DNA from: Raillietiella orientalis
Lineage: Eukaryota
Assembly (NCBI GenBank): GCA_036172245.1
Contig: JAYWIR010000008.1
Location: 930,001 to 994,000 of the forward strand
DNA length: 64,000 bases
Direction of reading: 5' to 3'
Shown here: positions 61,352 to 64,000 of the stretch, piece after piece
How the letters are laid out: every line of letters begins with the position of its first letter
Numbering within the stretch: position 1 is the first letter of the stretch
Program-made: the position numbers and the translations under genes
The notes under the pieces: generated by a model
Database searches by the model: none
The model's input: only the letters and a program-made list of their open reading frames with translations
What the model was told of the DNA's origin: nothing

Positions 61352-61810
61352 AAAGTAACACTAGACGGGGATTACTTAACTCTAGGGCAGCTAATGGTGC
61401 GATGTCTTGGAGTCCCTCGCGATGATGTGCGTATGAATTCGACGTCCACGGTCCAATGAACGGGAAAAACTAAAAAAGGAACGAATGAAAAATGTGTTAG
61501 AGGGAGGCAAATAATCAGGAAGGACGATTGTAATTTCAGAGTTAGGTGTAGTTCCCAGTTAAAGCTATCCTCTTGATATTGTTCCCAAGACGCGCGGTTG
61601 AAACCTGTACGCGAAACCTAGTACATACAGTCGTGGTAAAATGGTATATTCGGAAGTGAACTGCATCAGTTCCATAGTAAAAATCAATATGTAGACAGGA
61701 ATACGGTTATTTGAGTACGATTCCTGTTTCGTATTCTGTTTACAGAATATTTCGCACTTCACTGAAAGTAACATTAATCGCTTAATTCACTTTCTGCAAC
61801 CTTATTCAGG

Positions 61811-64000
61811 ATGGATTTTACTGAGTGCTATTCAGATACTGTGTCTTCAGTAAGTGCTGCAGCCAGACTTGGTCAGTCTCAGTTGCTCAAAGTCTTGTTG
61901 GGGGAAAAAAAATCTGCAAACAATGAAGATAATCGTGGATGGAAACCAATTCATGAAGCAGCTGCGAATGATCGTTTATCGTGCCTCGAATTATTGCTTG
62001 GTAATATGCCTCTTGTGTTTTTTTTTCTTTTGTATTTGTGGTATGTGCACACAAATTTCAGTTGTGCTCACTTCATCACATTCATTAACCATTTGCATTA
62101 AAATTGGTTCTATAATAAATACTTCTCTTGTTCACGCATTATATGCTGCCCCGTAATGTAACAAGCAAACGCATGTTATATGTTTGGTATGGTTTATTTG
62201 TTTTTGTAAAGTTCATACAAGCACGCATTTTAGGAGTCAGTGATGTTAACTGCCGTACCTTTGAAGGAGAAACCCCACTTTTATTGGCTTGTATGAGTAA
62301 TAGCTCACTAGCAGTTATTGAGTGCCTTATTAATAATGGAGCCGATGTTAATTTAGGCGACAATGAAAATTTGAATCCATTACATGTTTGTAAGTTTTAC
62401 AGTTTGTTTCATTGCAGCATGATTGATTGTAGGTGCAAGTTTGCACAACCATGAAATACTCAAGGTACTTCTTCAAGCAGGAGCAGATGTGAACTGCCAT
62501 GAAGACATGAATGGGCTAACACCGATCTTTTTGGCTGTTTCTAGCAATACACAAATGGTGATTGGATTTTCAAATTAGAATACATCACATGAGTAATACT
62601 AACAGCTAGACTGGAAATCAATTTGAATGAATGAATAACTTAAAGAAAAGGGGTTATATTTCTCTGTAAATCGTTTTTATGCACTGTTTTTGTGTATGCT
62701 GAGAAATGCCGTGATCAAAACTTTTTCAGAAAGAAGATCTAGCTTTAACAGTAAAGTACCTTATAGAAGCTGGTGCACACCTGGTTGAGCAATCTGATGA
62801 AAACTGGTTGCACTCTGTCTTGCTTGCAGCTGTTTTTTATGGCAACACTTTGGCTGTGTCTGTATTAATTCAGAACTTTCAAGAAATGGGGATACTATTT
62901 TCTCTGATAAATCTGGGGTAAAAACATTTGTCTGAATTCAGCTGTTATCACAAGTGTTATCTGATTCTCACCAGACTTGATGATCGTTTCACACCTCTGA
63001 TGATGGCTTGTCAAAAAGGCTCTGTGGAAATTTGTGAGTTATTACTGCAATCAGGTGCTGATCCCAATGCAATGGCAGAGGATGGCACTATGGCTGCAAA
63101 TAGTGCTGTTGTAGCTGGTAACCTAGAGTGAGTGGAAAGTTCTATTGGTTGTAATCCCTTCCAGGAATTTTCAGCGAATTGTCACCCTGACTGATCAGAA
63201 TATCCTCCAAAATCAGGGTTATCGTTTGGAACAGTTATGCACTGAACATCCCGTTTCTCTCACATGTGGTTTAGAAACCATTGATATCCTTAGCCAGACA
63301 AACATTTACTGTAATGTGCTCCGTATTGGCTCCATAGAGATGTTCCGGTGTCTTGTAAAACATGGTGTTTCCCCTGAAAAAACGTGCTTTTCTTTTGCCC
63401 ATGAGGTGGACATTGAGCACAATCTTTCTCAGTGTCTTACTGATTGCTTCTTATTGACACCATTTACTTTATTTCTTCTCTTAGTAAAATCTCAAGAGAA
63501 GGACTTGATCACTGAATGTTTTTCATTGAATTGTGGACATCAGGTAGTTCATGATGACCTTATTCCACCTTTGCTAGCATCTCTTCTACATCCCTCTTCT
63601 GATGTTTATAACTGTACACTACCTATTTGGTCATATAGCTTTGATTCCATGGGAAGCTATGTGGTCTTATCATTGTTGCAAAAAGGAGTTGAAGTCATGG
63701 ATGCTAGGTATTTTGTGATTTCATTTTTGTTAAAATTATGTTTGTTTCCAGACTAATAAACAACTTGCTCCTAGTAGCCTACCTCAATCCTTGTGCTGTT
63801 ATGCTATATTTGAACCAGATATCAGCAAATAAGATGCCTATCATGCATGATCGCCTGAAATTAGCTTATGGTAGTCATACTTTTGGTTGGCCTTTTTATT
63901 TTCAATGTGAAGTATAGGTAATTGTGGGACAGCTTTCAAATGGACTTCCTTCCTCCATACCTGGCAACTGCAACCACTTGAGTCTGTTTGTTTGCATCTC
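61811..64000 (+). CDS. ASB3: Ankyrin repeat and SOCS box protein 3-like, 5' part (3' end outside the window)
   Basis: The N-terminus MDFTECYSDTVSSVSAAARLG...DNRGWKPIHEAA matches my recollection of the ASB3 N-terminus ([21 protein letters not shown]...DNRGWMPIHEAA). Exons 61811-62000, 62234-62389, 62433-62557, 62730-62917, 62975-63127, 63165-63707, 63752-63870(?) and 63918->64000 carry multiple ankyrin repeats (TPLLLA, NPLHV, TPIFLA, TPLMMA). The SOCS box is not visible in the window. Confidence 0.85.

Noticed and set aside
1..64000. CRISPR arrays, prokaryotic operons, rRNA or intact tRNA genes, U12-type introns
   Set aside because: No repeat-spacer arrays or rRNA/tRNA structures seen. The genes are intron-containing eukaryotic genes, and no modelled intron has a GTATCCTT or ATATCCTT donor.

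Overview
Eukaryotic (invertebrate animal) genomic DNA with spliceosomal introns, many only 37-58 nt long; the exact taxon cannot be determined from the window. I reconstructed four protein-coding genes by hand from GT-AG boundaries and codon phase. (1) A cyclic-nucleotide-gated cation channel alpha-type subunit resembling the Drosophila CG42260 subfamily (+, 9 exons, 1979-34776, about 887 aa). (2) Twinfilin (-, 8 exons, 44304-37925, 346 aa). (3) Condensin I kleisin CAP-H/Barren (+, 12 exons, 47433-54351, about 688 aa). (4) An ASB3-like ankyrin-repeat gene (+, from 61811, running off the window). Between CAP-H and ASB3 is a mobile-element cluster. It holds a 5'-truncated, internally deleted RLE-type non-LTR retrotransposon (Utopia/NeSL-like) fused to the first ~35 nt of U2 snRNA, a second U2 5' fragment heading a ~335-nt structured non-coding element with an A-rich tail (candidate U2-derived SINE or non-autonomous partner), a 21-bp perfect palindrome and a decayed hAT transposon. 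Also notable are a candidate unannotated 5-exon small ORF in the twinfilin/CAP-H divergent interval, a 53-bp inverted repeat between the convergent CNG and twinfilin 3' ends, and abrupt GC-rich/AT-rich mosaicism. Most ORFs in the six-frame track are spurious products of GC-rich non-coding DNA. Family assignments rest on remembered motifs, not on database searches.
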